Positions 1-14,292 of a stretch of 64,000 bases of DNA are shown here, one piece after another. The stretch is from assembly GCF_006345805.1 (NCBI RefSeq), contig NC_043004.1, forward strand, positions 35,216,001 through 35,280,000, read 5' to 3'. The translations under genes and the position numbers were made by a program. The notes beneath the pieces were generated by a model. That model saw only the letters and a program-made list of their open reading frames with translations. It was not told where the DNA came from and made no database searches. Position 1 is the stretch's first letter. The number at the start of each line of letters is the position of its first letter. This DNA is from Octopus sinensis (taxonomy: Eukaryota).

Positions 1-708
1 AATTCATCTGGAACCCTCATCATCATAACCAACAAAGTGACAGTCCACATATACATAAAAATATATGTATTTATATACACACACACACACATATATATAT
101 ATAGGTATATGCATATGTATATAAATGCAGTCAGTTTATATAAAAGAAAAAAGAACTTATAAAGTGATCATGCTTGTGTGCAATGTTGGTTCTACGTAAA
201 CTAGAATATCAAAAGTAATATGAAAAGATTTTGAAAGTGAAAAACATTAAGATGAAAGAATCGCTTTAAGAAATCAAAATTAAAATAACTTCCACAAAGA
301 AGAAAGTCTACTGAAAGAAACCAATATTTTATACAATGTAAATGGAATCCAAATTTGTGTTTGTTCCAAGTCATAGCTACGGAATTGGATGATATTAAAC
401 TTCCTCTGTTTGAAATGAGTGCTTTGTCTTTTCACAATAATAAGAAATCCTGAACCCATGACATTACAGCATTTTGGTTATTTCATTATAAACACAAACA
501 CACATTGTTATATTTTGGAAGAATCACTGTAAATACATTTATTTACATACAAAAAGTGAACTATTGAGAAATCTGCAGTTACTCTATCAGATTACAAGTT
601 CAGGTTTATACTTGTGATCGTTGGGGCTCAGGGATATGTAACACATGGCCTAAATACCAATCTTGAGAAATTAGGCTTCTCAAAACCAGAAAGGATAAAG
701 CTAATTCA

Positions 709-1310
709 AAGACTACAGATCCAGTCCTTCACTGGAACTGTAAAAATTTGTAAAACTTATCATTTAAAATATATATGAGCATGAGTAGATATGCAACTAT
801 ATACATGAGAATGCATACATAAAGCAAAACATACAAACCTGCATATATACATACAAACAAAAATACTCTCTTGTTTATATTGAAATTCCAGTGAAGGAAC
901 CTTGAATTTAGGTTAAAAACCAGCTCTTTTCTCTATTGGCAAGAAATCTTGAAATAAAATTGAATAATGACATACATACATCACACACACATGCATACGT
1001 ACATACATATTGAAGACTACAGATCCAATCCATCAATGGAACTGTAAAAATCTGTAAAACTTTCCAGAAGTTTATCATTTAAATATATATGAGCATGTCT
1101 AGATATGCAACTATATGCATGAGAATGCATACATAAAGCAAAACATACAAATTCGCACACACACATACATACATACTTAAAAAGTACCCTGTTGATGTTG
1201 TAGAAATTCCAATGAAGGAACCTTGGATCTAGGCTAGAAACTGGTTCTTTCTCTATTGGCAAGAAATCCTGAAATAAATTGAATAGTGACATAGATACAT
1301 GCATGCGTAC
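709..1310 (+). repeat. Diverged tandem duplication of a ~305-bp unit with an internal inverted segment
   Basis: aagactacagatcc...gaaataaa(a)ttgaata occurs at ~709-980 and ~1013-1300; in copy 1 ccttcactggaa (~727) is the reverse complement of ttccagtgaagg (~886). Confidence 0.8.
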
Positions 1311-1601
1311 GTACAAACATACCAGCTGTAAAAACCACGGATAAGCAGATTTGTGATTTACTAACAATACACGCAGACACACATATTTGAAAAAATTAAT
1401 AAAAGTGACTTTACAGATAATTTTCATGAAATGTTTATAAATTATTAGGTCTTTATAAACACAATTTATTAACTCCTCATAATTCACAAACATCTAATCG
1501 TTAAAGTGGAAAAATCATCAGAAAAACCAATTCTATTCATTTTTTAAAAATAATACTGTTTCAAGGACTGTCTGCTTACCTGTTTATCTATCTATCTATC
1601 A

Positions 1602-1648
<47 letters not shown>

Positions 1649-1713
1649 TAGATAGATAGTTAGATATATTAATATACATGTACACACACTTGCACTAGCA
1701 CCTTCCTTATCAA

Positions 1714-2000
1714 ATCTATATATATAAAGATGAGAATGTGTGTCTGTGTGAATCTCTCAAACATGAGAACTACATACACCAATTTCATTCAAATTTTACA
1801 CATGCCTTACTTAGGGTCCATGTAGGGTCATAGGGTCAAACAAATTTTAACTTCTTGCTTAGTGCGAGCCCAGAGCAATATCATATCTTCTCTACTATTT
1901 TAATATTACGTGTCAAAAGTGAAACAATAACATCTCTCTATTGTAATGTCAGGTATTTCACTTTCATAGTTTAATACTGAAACTATTAAAGTGAAACTAT
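1714..2000 (+). mobile_element. Possible non-autonomous Helitron-like 5' fragment
   Basis: Starts tctatatatataaagatgagaatgtgtgtctgt, resembling invertebrate Helitron 5' ends (from recall); no 3' hairpin/CTRR identified. Confidence 0.35.
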
Positions 2001-2009
2001 TATGTCACA

Positions 2010-2287
2010 TATATACAGGCATACATACATACATATATATATATATTATGCATATATAAATATATGTATACATCTGCACAAATGTATATATATAGATGTG
2101 TATATATATATAGATGTATATATATGTATACATGTTTATATATATATATAGATGTATATGTGTACATGTATATGTGTAGATGTATATATATATATATATA
2201 TATATATAGATGTACATGTAATATGTACACATATATACATGCATACATATATACACCCATACATACACACACACACATATATACATA
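2010..2287. repeat. (TA/CA/TG)n compound microsatellite
   Basis: Directly visible; source of spurious YI-rich ORFs. Confidence 0.95.
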
Positions 2288-2430
2288 GGTGCAGGTGTGG
2301 CTGTGTGGTAAGAAACTTGGTTCCAAAACACATGGCCCTGCATTCAGTCCCACTGTGTGGTGATTTTGCATGTCTTCTGCTATAGCCTCAGACCAACCAA
2401 AGCTTTGTAGACAGAAACTCAAAGAAATCA

Positions 2431-2469
<39 letters not shown>

Positions 2470-2660
2470 GTGTGTGCGTATATGTATGTACGTATGTATG
2501 TATGTATGTAAGTAAGTGTATGTGTGTGTCTTTGACTCTGTGTTTCTCCCTCATCACTGCTTCGCAACTGCTGTTAGTTTATTTACATCCCCATAACTTA
2601 CTGGTTTGACAAGAAGAAACTGATAGAATAAGTACCAGGCTTATCAAAATAAAAAAAAAG
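2288..2660 (+). mobile_element. tRNA-derived SINE family S1, diverged copy
   Basis: gtggctgtgtggtaagaa...cagtcccactg...ctatagcctc...(TG)n...gatagaataagtacc; matches the 13480 copy. Confidence 0.8.
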
Positions 2661-4473
2661 CACTAGGCAATGCCAGATATCTCTGTTAGTACTTTAATAT
2701 AAATATCAAATGAATCTACAGACTACAACTATTCCTCATCCTGTTATGTATTCTAGTCATCTCAAAACTGCATTATATTTACATCCAAGCCAACAATTCT
2801 TTTTCTCTTAATTGCTCTTCAGCCACCCCAGTGATATTTCACAGTCAGCACTTTGCGATCCATCATAGGTCAGTTATTTGCCTCACATATTTATATCAAT
2901 GGAGTCACCTGTGTGAGTTTCAGCATTGCTGCTTGACCAACAAGAAATAACACCCAAAAATCTCTAAGATCACATCTCATTATCTACATTCTGAGAAAAG
3001 AAACTCAGAAGCACAAAGTCTAGAATATTATTATGCAGCAGAAGTCTGCACAACCATGACTGATATATGACTGATCAACAACAGCAATTTTAGCCATTAC
3101 CTTTAACACCTGATTGCTCTCAGCTCTTGTCTTGCACCGTTTCTTTCTAACTTCACCAGCAGCCTTACCTTGATCACCTAGGTAATAAGTCATATCCCAC
3201 ACTTTACACATCAACACATTTCATACATTGTGTTTGTGGAATAGCTTAAAGACCAGCATATCTTATAACATCAAAATATTATATTAAAGATTGGAGAGAT
3301 CATAGAAATGACTGTACCAAGGTAATGGATGCTAAATATAAGTCAGAAATCCATCTAAGCAGTTCAAGGCCTTAATGTTATAGGTGTTCTTACTTCTGTA
3401 GAGGAAACAGAGAAACCAAATAAAAAATCTTTCAACAAATATGCAGAGGAGGCTTAGAAAATGAATATAAAAATTATTATTTGGAAATGGAAAAGCTCTG
3501 GTAAAGGACATAGCAATGTCAATTTGTGTGGAAGAAGGAATGGGAATGCTAATGTTACAGGACTGTTTCATTTATATAGACATACCTGCAGCGTCTTGGA
3601 AAATGGTAGCAAAAGCTGTGAGAGAGCAGAATTCTTGGCCTCAAACTAAATAATACTTTTTTTTTCTTTTATTTGTTTCAGTCATTTGACTGTGGCCATG
3701 ATGGAGCACTGCCTTTAGTCAAGGGGATTGAACCCAGAACCATGTGGTTCGTAAGCAAGCTGCTTACCACAGAGCCACTCCTGCACCTATAATTTGAATA
3801 TGTTACTGCAACATATTGAGAATTGTAAAAATCTCATAACTAAAGAAAATATATTTTAAGTTATGAGAACAATGAATGTTTGTCACTTAAAATTTGTATC
3901 TTTCTCAGGAGGAACATCACAGCAATGCTGTCAGGAATATTGCTGTATTCTTTCATCCATTTTTTACACCAGTTTTTCATGCTAGACTGGGTTAGACAAA
4001 TATGCATCATTGATTTACTGGTCTCAAATCTTGGCACAAGGCCAGCAATTTTGGGAGAGGAGGTAAGTCATTTACATTGACCCAGTACTCACTGGTATTC
4101 CCTCTCTCTCTTTCAGAGAGGCACTGAGCAGCTATACGCACACATACACACACGGCAGTAACTTCCACCTACCGAATTCAATCACAAAGCTCCGGTCGGC
4201 TCGGGGCTATAGTGGAAGACACCTACCCAAAGTGCCACGCAGTGGGACTGAACCTGAAACCATGTAGCTAGGAAGCAAGCTCCCTAACCACACAGCCATG
4301 CCCGATTGATTTTAATAATCCCAAAAGGATGAAAGATTGGGTGGAATTTGAACTCAAAGCATAAAGATAGGTTAAATACCACTAAGCACCTTGCCCACTA
4401 TGCTAACGATTCACTTACCTCACTGCTTTTGATGCCATATATATATATTTATATATATATATATATATATATA

Positions 4474-4775
4474 TTGTGTCTGGAGAGAGCCATATTGTCT
4501 TAATGCCTTTAGACACCATTGCAATTTCCACTCATTTATTATCTATATTTTTTCTACCAATATTTTTGTTGCTTTTGCAACCTTGCCAATGGATGTTGAC
4601 TCTGTCTCATTATTGCAAAAGCAACGAAAAGTTTGGAAGAAAAAATATAAATCAAACCAGTGAGTGTGTTAGATAAGGCATTAAGACAATATAACTCTCC
4701 TCAGACACAACATAATTTGCTTCAACACATGAATTCACATAAAGAATCTTGCACACCAGATACAAAACCAAAGTA
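4474..4775. mobile_element. Fold-back repeat (inverted arms plus one-sided tail), related copy at ~34975-35165
   Basis: ttgtgtctggagagagccatattgtcttaatgcctt ... aaggcattaagacaatataactctcctcagacacaa; the tail aagaatcttgca..cca is shared with the 34975 copy on the minus strand. Confidence 0.7.
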
Positions 4776-7700
4776 TGTGTGTATGGCGTTAGGAAGGACA
4801 TGCAGCCATAGAAACCATGCCACAACAGACAATTGGAGCCCAGACAGCTCCCCAGATGGCCAGCTCCATGTCAAACCGTCCAACCCATGCCAACATGGAA
4901 AACGGATGTTAAACAGTGATGATAACGATATATTACAAGTTCTTCAGTGATGTTTTTATAACTGATTTGGTTTACGTAAGACAGTCAGTTAGAAGACTTT
5001 GGCCGTGTAGAGTATAAACCACTGAGTATCTTAACTGTACGTCATACAAAGAGATGCATGTTTGAAGATACAGTGACATGCCCAAATAAGTATGTAAAAT
5101 CTTTATTCAAAAACCAGGAATTCTGAAAAATATATGTACTAGCATCAGAAAATTCTCCATTATTGAACTTAAAGTAGCTGATCTTCATTGATGCCATAAC
5201 TTTTTATGTGATAAATCTTACAAACAATAGTTGTTCCATACTAAAATTCTATACTGCTTCATCTTAAAATGACTTCAACTTTCAGGCATTCATTATTTTT
5301 GTCGGTACCAATTCCTATTGTTTTGTAGGGAGAGAATGCCATACACTGTTTGGTATGACTAAAGTAAAAAGACTGTTCCAACCGAGATAAGTTAAATGGT
5401 TCAAAGCAGACAACAAGAAGTTGAAAATCTCTTCCATTCACGCTGGTTACCAATATGTTCGATGAATAGATGTTGAATCAAAGTTGTTCAAAGCAAGATT
5501 CTTTCATCAGAAGCCACATTCTTGGAGAAGAAATGTAGCACTAAAAAGAGAAAAGTAGTTTATGTCTAAAATGGAGATAATTGCTTGCATATCTTATATG
5601 CTTGAACTCCTGTAAACATGAAAGATTCCTGTTTTATCCATTGCATTCATTGTAAAGGGTATCATGAGAGAGAAATATGCCACTATGCTTGCAGAAATAT
5701 ATTTTTTTAAACTGTTCTATGAAATATAGATGTCTGTCAACCTGAAAGAATATCAGGGCGTAAAAACTTAAAAGCTTGATTTCATAGCTCTTTTTATCTG
5801 ATTCTATAATTGGACAATATAATAGGAGAGAAAAATATTTTTCTTATGGTAAAGGGACATAACTGACAGAAGTTTTCTCTAGTAAAGAGTGTTCGTTAAA
5901 ACATGAAGTTTCCACTCTCATAATATTCTTTGAATTGATGCAAACAGCCAATAGAATACAAGAATTCTGGTAGTAATTTTTGTGATAACTGACATAAAGA
6001 AATTTTCACACGTACTAACTCTCACATACACACACATATATAGCTAGTATATTTTGTCAGTAAGTCTTAATGCTTGGTATGTAAAAATAAGATACTTGTA
6101 ACCTAATAAGATGAAAATATAGTCAGAGTTGTTTCCCTTGATCTTCCTGAGAGAAATTATCATTAGATAATTGTCATTTTTTTTTCATATGCATGTAATT
6201 TCTAAAGATTGAAAAATGTTGTTCTGTTAGTGCCTTATCCCTAGTTAACTGTGTGTGTGTGTGTGTTTATTACTACAGTTTAAAAAAATGATGATGATAT
6301 CCCTATGTCTACAAATTCCTGACAACAATTTATTCTGGTTCCCTCTGGCACATCTTAAGAAGGTTAGGGTCACGGTTGGGGTTTTTCTAATTAAATTGCT
6401 TGTCTAATTAAAATTAGCTGTTGAGGAAGAATAGGAGAAAGAGGCTTTCTCTGAATAGAAAGCCAGTCAATTGCAAGATTAACTCCAAGGAACCACTGGT
6501 ATTCATTTTCAGCTCAGTGTAATGAAGCAAGTAAAACAAATGTTTTTACTCAAGGATAAAATACATGGAAAATGGTTGTTATTTTGAGGGACAGACTCAA
6601 AAGTTGTACATTTTATAAAAGTTAGCCATTCAGAGTTCAGTGTGTTGAGCCATTATTGTTTTCTAACAGCTTCTCAGGTATTCCCTAGTCATTAGAATGA
6701 GATGAGATAATTTGAGAATGGAGTGGAAGGAATGATGTGATTAGAATGATACCAAAAATCTCAAGAATTCCAATGCTGTGAACAGTTTTCCAGAAGGACT
6801 TTTAATGACAAATATGAAAATGGTTTCATTGATGCAAACAACAGGTAATCTAATGCTCAGGTCTCAGACAATTTGTCATCAGTCTTCTTGCTAATTGCAA
6901 TCTAGATTTACAGGTGCTAAAGAGACAGCAAAACCAAAGAAGTTGTGTAATATCTGAGAATTATGATGAGTAAAGTGCATATTATTAAATGGAAACAAGG
7001 AGCAGAGGGCTGGTTGGATGGATCCTGAAAATATTGAAAGCAAGCAAACAAGAAATAATGTTGCTTCCATGGGTGTTGCTTCTTGTTCTCAGTTGTCAGG
7101 ATTACAGCTGCTGTTTTTGGTCTCCTCGTAGTGCCAAGATAACTTTTGAATTTGCAATGTCCTACCAGTGTTGTGCAACTAATTATTTTAAGTTGCTTCA
7201 TCAGAGTATCAACCAGATCATCAGATGCTGACATACACCGCTGGCCACACTGTGCTTCCAATTCTGTCTTGATCATATCATTCTTTTCTATCTTGATACA
7301 AATTGTTTAACTAAATCATATTCATGTCATCATGGAGGCCTTCCAAGTGGCCTTTTTCACTTTCTTGGATACCACCACTCTGCAACTGCACAGGTCCACT
7401 TGTTGTCTGTGAACTTTGCAACTTGTCCAGTCCAGTGGAACTTGTGCTTTTAGTATGCTGCTATCACATCATTCCTTCCACTCCGTTCTCTAATTATCTC
7501 ATTTTAAATACATTCTCAAAGTTGCTTCATACTGGAGAATAATACTACTGACTTTTCATGTGGGATGTTCCATATTTAGATTGCTTCTTTGGCAATTAAG
7601 GCTTATATATGAGCCTCGAATTAGACAGAGACTTAGGAGTGACCTAACTTACACTTTCAACAAGTTTGGCCTGAAAATCATAGTTTCCATCAACATAGCA

Positions 7701-8996
7701 GTAATGCCAAAAGGTCTCTGCTCAAACTCTGAAGATCTAATGAGGATGACAATCAGAAAAGTCAAAGTAATTGTAAAGTGAAGAAAAATTGCCTAATTAA
7801 TGTTGACTCTCTAATTCAAAATTGCCTCATTAAGGGTGATTGTCTAATTAAAAATTGTTTGTATAATGGTAACTGTCTAATTAAAATGATCATCTTTACT
7901 TCTAAAGTCACAATCCTAAACTAAAGTTAAAAGTCTGAAAGAAACAACACAAGAAAATCAGCTTTGGTCAGCAGAGACATGACCACAGACAATCCAACCA
8001 CAACGTTCTTGTCCCTTTAGATCTCTAAAGAACAAGCTGTGACTTGTTGGAATTTGATTACTCTTTCTAGCAAGTCTAGCAACCAAATAGAGGCTTCTTT
8101 GCTGATCCAAGTGAAGATAGCCCTGACAGATGTGTCTTCAACTATGAATCTACATTCATGTTAGATAAATAAAATGTACAAATGCCGTACTTGAAGATAG
8201 ATGTGTAGGTTCTTGTCGAGGGTTATCGAAGAGATTGCAGGTTCACAGTCTGAAGAATCAAGATCTTTGTAAACCGAGCAATTTCAACTTTGTAGAAATG
8301 GAAAATGATTCCTCATGCAGCATTTCAATATACTGCAGACCAAGCAATACCAGAATGTAACCATATTAAAATGCTGTTCTAAGAAAATATTCTCCATGTT
8401 AAGTAAAGCTCAACTGATCTCCAGGAAGTAAACAGCACTCATTTGATCTCCATGCTAAATGTCAGCAATGTATCTCCTTACCATTTTGAAACGATTTCTT
8501 CATTGAAAATGTCATTTCATGAACACCTGACCATTATGCTTTAATAGACATTAATAACAGGTAAAGTACACACACACACACACACTCACATGTGTGTATA
8601 CACTCTAGCTCAAGTATTATAAACTATATATGAAGCAAAATAAAGCTGCAACTCATTCATTAAAAATATGTGTGTGTGTTCTTTTATTCTTTTACTTGTT
8701 TCAGTCATTTGACCGTGGCCATGCTGGAGCACCACCTTTAATCAAACAAATCGACCCCAGGACTTATTTTTTGTATGAATCACACTTATTCTATTGATCT
8801 AGAAGACTAGTCTGTCAAAGCATGGCTGTATGGTAATAAGTTTGCCTCCCAACTACATGGTCCTGGTTTCAGTTCAGTCCCACTGAATAGCACCATGGGC
8901 AAGTACCTTCTACAATAGCCTTGTGTTGACCAAGAATATTCAACAGATAGAAATTGAAAGAAAGTCATGGAATATACATATATATATATATATACT

Positions 8997-9297
8997 GTGT
9001 GGAGGCGCAATGGCCCAGTTGTTAGGGCAGCGGACTTGCGGTCATAGGATCATGGTTTCGATTCCCAGACCGGGTGTTGAAAGTGTTTATTGAGCGAAAA
9101 TACCTAAAGCTCCACGAGACTCCGGCAGGGGGTGGTGGCGATCCCTGCCATACTCTTTCACCGCAACTTTTTCTCACTCTGTCTTCTGTTGGCCTGCTCG
9201 CTTAGCCAGTGGGGTGGCGTCATTTGAAGGCTAAAACAATGTGAAGCGCATTGTGACCAGCGATGTGTAACATCTGATAGCCTGGTCGGTCACCATG
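8997..9297 (+). mobile_element. tRNA-derived SINE family S4
   Basis: A box tggcccagttgttagg and B box ggtttcgattccc followed by a GC-richer body; flanked by (TA)n. Confidence 0.75.
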
Positions 9298-9523
9298 ATA
9301 TATATATATATATATCAATAATACAGTGATTGTTTCTTGTCAGGAACAAAAAGATTAATAGGACTGCTATAGAAGTGCTCTATTGAAAGAGACAAATATA
9401 TCAAACTAAAGTTATTGAACAAACAAATGCAAGGTCATCCGCATAGCATTTCATAATTCGAACATTTAATCATAGAATATACATATAAACATCCCGCGAG
9501 ATAGTTAAACAATGATGATGATG

Positions 9524-9892
9524 ATATGGTGTGTTGTGAATCTATGGAAAGAAATCCATAAAACTTAACAATTTTGATAAAAATGGAGAAGAGAATGTGT
9601 TAAAATATATAAGAGAATTTTAAATCATGCAGACGATCGTTTCGTACAGAAATATAAAAATCATGCAAATTCATGGTTGAACAAAATTAATTTAATTAAT
9701 TATATATCACAGTGATACTTAATTCAATTCAATTCAACCATGATTTTTCATGATTTTTATATCTCTGTACAAAACGATCGTCTGCATGAATTAAAATTCT
9801 CTTATATATTTTAACACCTTCTCTCCTCCATTTTTATCAAAATTGTTGAGTTTTAAAGGGATTTCTTTCCATAAATTCACAACACACCATAT
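9524..9892. repeat. ~370-bp imperfect palindrome (fold-back)
   Basis: atatggtgtgttgtgaa...(centre tatcacagtgata)...ttcacaacacaccatat; the arms pair over most of their length. Confidence 0.9.
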
Positions 9893-10339
9893 ACAAGTAT
9901 TATTTTCATATTTGCAATTTTACGCCAGTAAGCTACCAGCAAAATATGAAGAATCTATATTAGAAATCTTTTTTTTTTTTTGAAACCTCGAAATTAAAGG
10001 ATGAGTCTAATTCAACCTTTTTACACACACCATACATATATATGTATGTGTGTGTGTGTGTGTGTCCTCCACCACTGCTTGATAACCAGTGCTGGAGTGT
10101 TTACTTCCCCGCAACTTAGCAGTTCAGCTAAAGGGAATAACAGAATAAGTCGTAGCCTTAAAGAAAAGAATAAATACTGGGGTCAATTCATTCAATGAAA
10201 ATCTTTCAAGGCGGTGCTCCAGCTTGGCCACTGTCTTATGACTGAAACAAATGAAAGATAAAAAGAGATACCAGAGATTTCCAGAGAGTTTTTCACGAAT
10301 GTAAAAGATATCATATTTCCTTTACACAAAGACAAGATT

Positions 10340-10665
10340 TCTGTGCCAGTGACACGTAAAAGGGCACCATTTGAGCATGATCGTTACCAGCGTCGCCTTA
10401 ATGGCACCTGTGCCGGTGGCATGTGTAAAAAGATTCAAGTGAGGTCATTGCCAGTACTGCCTGACTGGCCTCCATGCCGGTGGCACGTAAAAAGCACCCA
10501 CTACACTCTCAGAGTGGTTAACGTTAGGAAGAGTATCCAGCTGTAGAAACTCTGTCAGATCAAGATTGGAGCCTGGTGCAGCCATCTGGTTCACCAGCGC
10601 TCAGTCAAAATCGTCCAACCCATGCTAGCATGGAAAGCGGACATTAAACGATGATGATGATGATG
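10340..10665 (+). mobile_element. Repeat family S3 (RTE-type 3' tail / SINE with internal tggcacgtaaaaagcacc repeats and (GAT)n tail)
   Basis: ttaggaagagtatccagctgtagaaac...ccaaccatgctagcatggaaagcggacattaaacgatgatg. Confidence 0.85.
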
Positions 10666-11748
10666 GTTTGTAGATTAACAAATTATATTGAAATAATAAA
10701 ACATTGACAGTAATCACTTAAAGATAACTTTTTTCTGTAATTCTAAACCATTGTCGGTAATTTTATAATAAATAAAAAAATAGGTCTATAATAATTCATG
10801 AGTTTCGAACTACTTACGGACGGACACTTTATGTTAAATAGTGTCAGATTTAGCAAGGGAATTCTTTTTAGTAGATACTTGGTGGTAATTGAGAAGAATG
10901 GTTTACTTATCACATCCCTGATAAATGACAATAGATTTCTAGTTCAACTGTTATGTCCAAAAAATATATGAGGTTTTAATTGAGAAATTGTAAGTTTAAT
11001 TTCATTTTCCTTAACCTTATAAAACTATAATGAGTTTGTGTATGTGGGAAGCATTTTATATTGATTAAAATAAATTGCCAGATTACATTCAATTTGGTTT
11101 AAAGTATTTCATCAACAATAAACGAGGAGAGTCTTTAATATTTGAAAGATTTGTTGGAGATCATCAGCTAATTTATTTACTAATAACAACCTATTAAGAA
11201 TATCATTTTTCTTTGAATTAATTTTGATTTCTTTTATTGAATTTCATACATTTTAATTACTATTATTCTCAACAAAGTGTCATAAATATTACATTTTTTC
11301 TATTATAGGTAATTAAGGAAATTACATAGATATTGATAATTATCGAGTCATTCATTTATGCTGGAACAGTCCCTAGTGTTGAGTTACGATTTATAGAAGA
11401 TATATCTTCCAAGAATATAATCTAATATCTTGGTGCTAATCTATTGTCTCAATCTCATTTTCATCATCTTATAAATGTTTATCAATTCCAATATTGATTG
11501 GTTTTGAAACAATATTAAATATTAATTTTATCACATTCAATCTGAAGTAGTTTCTCCTGATCTTAAAAAGTGATTAGCAAAACATGTTTTTTAATCCCTA
11601 ATTAAAATAAGTTAGGAATGAATTTCAACAAATTTAATGTAATAATGAAATTGAAAATACTTGTCCTGATAGCCATTTCAAACACACAAACAAGCTCTTG
11701 TTTTGTGATACAATATATTATCATCCGATACAATGAAATATTGATTCT

Positions 11749-11955
11749 TTAACTCTTTAGTATTTAAACTGACCGCCAGTTTTAGGTTCAACCTGGCCAG
11801 CTCCAGCCTCTCACACCTGCCCTACAATGTCATTCATGAAATAAACAATAACATCATTGAAATCTGAAAGCTGTGAGATAATGATTGATTATATCAAAAC
11901 AGTATGAATAAATAAGCATTACATTTGGTAAAGTAATCTGAATGCTAAACGGTCA
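11749..11955 (+). mobile_element. piggyBac-like MITE, diverged copy
   Basis: ttaactctttagtatttaaac...aatgctaaacggtca; homologous to 52313-52531. Confidence 0.65.
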
Positions 11956-13479
11956 GAATACAATAAAAAGTTTATGAATTGTTCAAGAGATTTACCAAGA
12001 CATGTGTAACCTGGTCACTGAAACAATTCCATCACAAAATAAAATAAAAGTGAATATAAAATGAGTTAATGTGGAAGAATTCTTATGATTCTTTTACTAT
12101 GAAATGGTTTTAGTTTTTATTACAAAATATTTGGGTTTTCAGATATTACTGAAAGCAACCACCTTGAATACATCCACCCACTCTCGTGAAATGGGAGTTG
12201 CCATGTTGTTCTTTTACAGCATGACACCTGATCAGTTCTCTTCCCTTCTTTCATTACCTTTACATCTTCTAGCATAAAACCACCTCCCACTCCACTGTGT
12301 CCCCATCCTAATCAAAGGAGACCTTAGTCTGCAAGTTTCTTGGTGACCTCACAAGAGCTGGTGCCAAACCACTTAAAAAAAGAGAAAAAGAGGGGAAAAC
12401 AAAAACCCAACAGTACACTCTGTAAAGTGGAAGAACATCAGGCCATAGAAACCATGCAGAAGTAGACATTAGGCATGATGCAGTCCTGGGATCCATTAAA
12501 TCCTTTAAAATAATCCAACTGATGATGATGATGACTAGGATCTGAGGAATATTTGGGTTTTTTTTTTTATTAGAGGTAGCTAAGCAGTCGGTTTTCAGAT
12601 TTCATTAGAAACAAAGTTGAACAAACTAAGAAAACACTTCAAACATTTCAAAAATAAGATCTTTTTCTCGTCTGTCAACTCAAACTGAACTCTGGTTGAT
12701 TTATTTTAATTCTAAGAATTGCTCTACTAGTCTATGCAAGAGAAGAGAAGACTAGATGACAGAATACATCTACAATTGTATAGCAAGTCATTCAGGCCAC
12801 AACGGAACCTCTCAGATAAAGCTAAAACCACATTGTATGAGGTAGTTGAAATTACATCATGGTTGAGAAGGCGAGAGCTAAAACATCTTTGATCTTGGTT
12901 GACCAGGGTTGAATGGAGGTTAAAATCTTTACCACTACAACCAGCCAACCAGCAGCAACAATATAATAATAATAATAATAATATTCAAATACATTCTGTA
13001 GATAATAAATCACCTTCTAGCAATATGTGACATACATAAATCTCAAACTGTAGAGACAAGTTGATTAAATTTCAGTTGGAATTTGGTCAAAAAATATGCA
13101 TTAATAATCAACTATAATACTTTTCTAAATTTTTGGAAATAACTGAATATATTTAAGAACTAAAATTGTTCTTCTCATATGTCTTGGTGTTAACTCTGTT
13201 ATATTTACGTCGTATAAGATATTTACTTCATATTTTTTATAATAGTCTCTTTTTTTTTTTTAAACCTGATATTTTGGGAGACATGCTAAGATGTAAATAT
13301 ACATAATTAAATAGCCATAAATGCACATTTAAAGTTTTCATTAAATCAAACAACTTTGAAAACTATGAATAATATATTAACATTTCAGTTTATATCCAAA
13401 TCATAAATATACTTCTTTACTTTGTAGTTTCAAGTATTCTACCTTGTAGTATCTATGTACATGTAGTATTTTCGTGCAT

Positions 13480-13895
13480 AGGCACAGGAGTGGCTGTGTG
13501 GTAAGTAGCTTGCTTACCGACCACATGGTTCCGGGTTCAGTCCCATTGCATGGTGCCTTGGGCAAGTGTCTTCTACTATAGCCTCGGGCCGACCAAAGCC
13601 TTGTGGGTGGATTTGGTAGACTGAAACTGAAAGAAGCTCGTCGTATATATATAAATGTATATATATATATATATGTGTGTGTGTGTATATATGTTTGTGT
13701 GTCTGTTTGTCACCCAGCATCTCTTGACAACCGATGCTGGTGTGTTTACGTCCCCGTAACTTAACAGTTCGGCTTAAGAGACCGATAGAATAAGTACTAG
13801 GCTTACAAAGAATAAGTCCTGGGGTCGATTTGCTCGACTAAAGGTGGTGCTCCAGCATGGCCGCAGTCAAATGACTGAAACCAGTAAAAGAGAGA
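13480..13895 (+). mobile_element. tRNA-derived SINE family S1, near full length
   Basis: A box tggctgtgtggt, B box gggttcagtccc, internal (TA)(TG)n, 3' end aatgactgaaaccagtaaaagag; more than ten partial copies in the window. Confidence 0.9.
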
Positions 13896-13967
13896 GTAGT
13901 ATTTGTGTGTGTGTGTGTGTGTTTAGCTCGCCCCTCTCTCCATCTTTTATATCGAGTCATCTTCTAC

Positions 13968-14285
13968 TGTGAAGGAGCATGGCTTAGTGGTTTGGGTATT
14001 TGGATCACAATCCTAAACCCATGAGTTCAATTCCCAGCAGTGTCCTTAAATGAGAAGCTTTATTTCATGTTGCTCCAGCCCAGTCAGCTGGCAAAAATGA
14101 GTGGTACCTGTAATGCAAAGGGTCGTCTTTGTCACAGTCTGTATCACACTGAATCTCCCTGAGAATTATGTTAAGAGTAAACATGTCTGTGGAGTACTCA
14201 GCCACTTGCACATTCGTTTCACAAGCAGACTTTTCTGTTGATCAGATCAGCTGGAACACTTGTGCGGTGGTGTCGAATTGTTACC
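13968..14285 (+). mobile_element. tRNA-derived SINE family S5
   Basis: tggcttagtgg...gagttcaattccc...cagctggcaaaaatgagt...ctgtggagtactcagccac; copies at 33076 and 53197. Confidence 0.8.
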
Positions 14286-14292
14286 AGACTAC

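Noticed and set aside
4950-5745. Non-repetitive stretch with a minus-strand splice acceptor near 5741
   Set aside because: Frames read from the acceptor hit stops early; no recognisable protein.
7158-7210. Minus-strand CTGATGA followed by a gcaact/agttgc stem
   Set aside because: GAAA is replaced by acaa and there is no stem I pairing.
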